A stretch of 64,000 nucleotides of DNA. Source: Actinomycetota bacterium (lineage in GTDB: Bacteria > Actinomycetota > Actinomycetes > JAKEEW01). The notes under the pieces were generated by a model. The model saw nothing but the letters and a program-made list of their open reading frames with translations, did no database searches and was not told the origin of the DNA. Positions 63,030 to 64,000 of the stretch are shown here, one piece after another; within the stretch, counting starts at the first letter, position 1; every line of letters starts with the position of its first letter. The stretch covers positions 35,395 through 99,394 of the forward strand of contig JBKPTD010000041.1 of assembly GCA_046735375.1 (NCBI GenBank), read 5' to 3'. The position numbers and the translations under genes are program-made.

Positions 63030-64000
63030 TCAGGCGCGAGGCTTCTCCCGCATCTCGAAGGTCTCGATGACGTCGTCCACCTTGATGTCATTGAACGTGC
63101 CAAGGCCGATGCCGCATTCGAAGCCCTCGCGCACCTCGGTCACGTCATCCTTGAAGCGACGCAGCGACTCGACGGTGAGGTTGTCCGCCACGACCGCGCC
63201 GTCGCGGATCACCCGAGCCTTGCTGTTCCTGGTGATCGTGCCCGATCGGACAAGACAGCCCGCGACGTTGCCGATCCGCGGGACACGGAAAATCTCCCGG
63301 ATCTCCGCGGTGCCGAGCTGGACCTCTTCGTACTCGGCCTTGAGCATGCCCTTGAGCGCGGCCTCGATCTCGTCGATCGCCTGGTAGATGATCGAGTAGT
63401 AGCGCACGTCCACGCCCTCGCGTGCGGCCAGCTCACCGACCTTGCCCTCGGGCCGGACGTTGAAGCCGATGATGACGGCACCGGAGGTCATGGCCAGGTT
63501 GACGTCGTTCTGGTTGATGGCGCCAACGCCACGGTGCAGCACCCGGATGCCCACCTCGTCACCAACGTCGATCTTGAGGAGCGCGTCCTCGAGGGCCTCG
63601 ACCGAACCCGACATGTCGCCCTTGATGATGAGCAGCAGCTCCTGCTGCTCGCCGGCCTTGATCGCGGCCTCGATGTCCTCAAGGGACACCCGCCGCCGAA
63701 CCTGGGCGAACTGAGCGTTGCGCTCGCGGGTCTGCCTGCGCTCTGCGATCTGCCGTGCGACCCGATCTTCGGGTACGACCAGGAAGCTGTCGCCTGCACT
63801 GGGGACCGAGGTGAAACCGAGCACCTGGACTGGACGGGACGGGCCCGCCTCCTCCAGGGAGTTGCCGTTCTCGTCGAGCATCGCGCGTACCCGGCCGAAC
63901 GCGTCGCCGGCGACGATCGAGTCGCCGACGCGGAGCGTGCCGCGCTGGACCAGCACAGTGGCGATCGGACCGCGGCCGCGGTCCAGATGTGCCTCGATGG
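63030..64000 (-). CDS. infB: translation initiation factor IF-2, C-terminal part; 5' end lies beyond the window
   Basis: IF-2 domains II to C2 (...[27 protein letters not shown]...). The ORF is open to the window end. Confidence 0.9.
   Translation of the reverse strand, partial: IEAHLDRGRGPIATVLVQRGTLRVGDSIVAGDAFGRVRAMLDENGNSLEEAGPSRPVQVLGFTSVPSAGDSFLVVPEDRVARQIAERRQTRERNAQFAQVRRRVSLEDIEAAIKAGEQQELLLIIKGDMSGSVEALEDALLKIDVGDEVGIRVLHRGVGAINQNDVNLAMTSGAVIIGFNVRPEGKVGELAAREGVDVRYYSIIYQAIDEIEAALKGMLKAEYEEVQLGTAEIREIFRVPRIGNVAGCLVRSGTITRNSKARVIRDGAVVADNLTVESLRRFKDDVTEVREGFECGIGLGTFNDIKVDDVIETFEMREKPRA

Overview
High-GC (~70%) actinobacterial chromosomal segment; the organism cannot be named from this sequence alone. 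Almost every convincing gene is on the minus strand, in three conserved housekeeping blocks. Block 1 is hflX-dapF-miaA-miaB-rny-recX-recA-DUF3046. Block 2 is clgR-like-cinA-pgsA-rimO-ftsK-rnj-dapA-thyX. Block 3 is dapB-M16 protease-pnp-rpsO-ribF-truB-rbfA-DUF503-infB. Two accessory regions sit between them. (1) About 20 kb between DUF3046 and the clgR-like gene holds the helicase Lhr, here uncoupled from nei. It also holds two tandem paralogous acidic proteins of unknown function, a BtuFCD-like corrinoid ABC importer behind a cobalamin riboswitch, a frameshifted DUF222/HNH (REP13E12-like) gene, and a ROK-regulated GlcNAc/chitobiose-type ABC uptake locus with a GH3 NagZ-like hydrolase, followed by nei. 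(2) A phenylacetate catabolic locus is split in two: paaABCDE, then paaN divergent from paaH-paaI. Each part has an identical 16-bp PaaR-type palindrome. The intervening DNA carries an orphan VbhA-like antitoxin whose 3' end is tandemly duplicated, an ArsR-MFS pair, a TetR regulator and an M20 peptidase. Regulatory elements found: a perfect Cheo/LexA box upstream of recA, a cobalamin riboswitch, a candidate ROK operator palindrome, and intercistronic hairpins. No tRNA/rRNA genes, CRISPR arrays or recognisable transposases were seen. Long opposite-strand ORFs in the six-frame track are mostly high-GC artefacts. Coordinates that I derived from the sequence lines may be off by about 1 nt.
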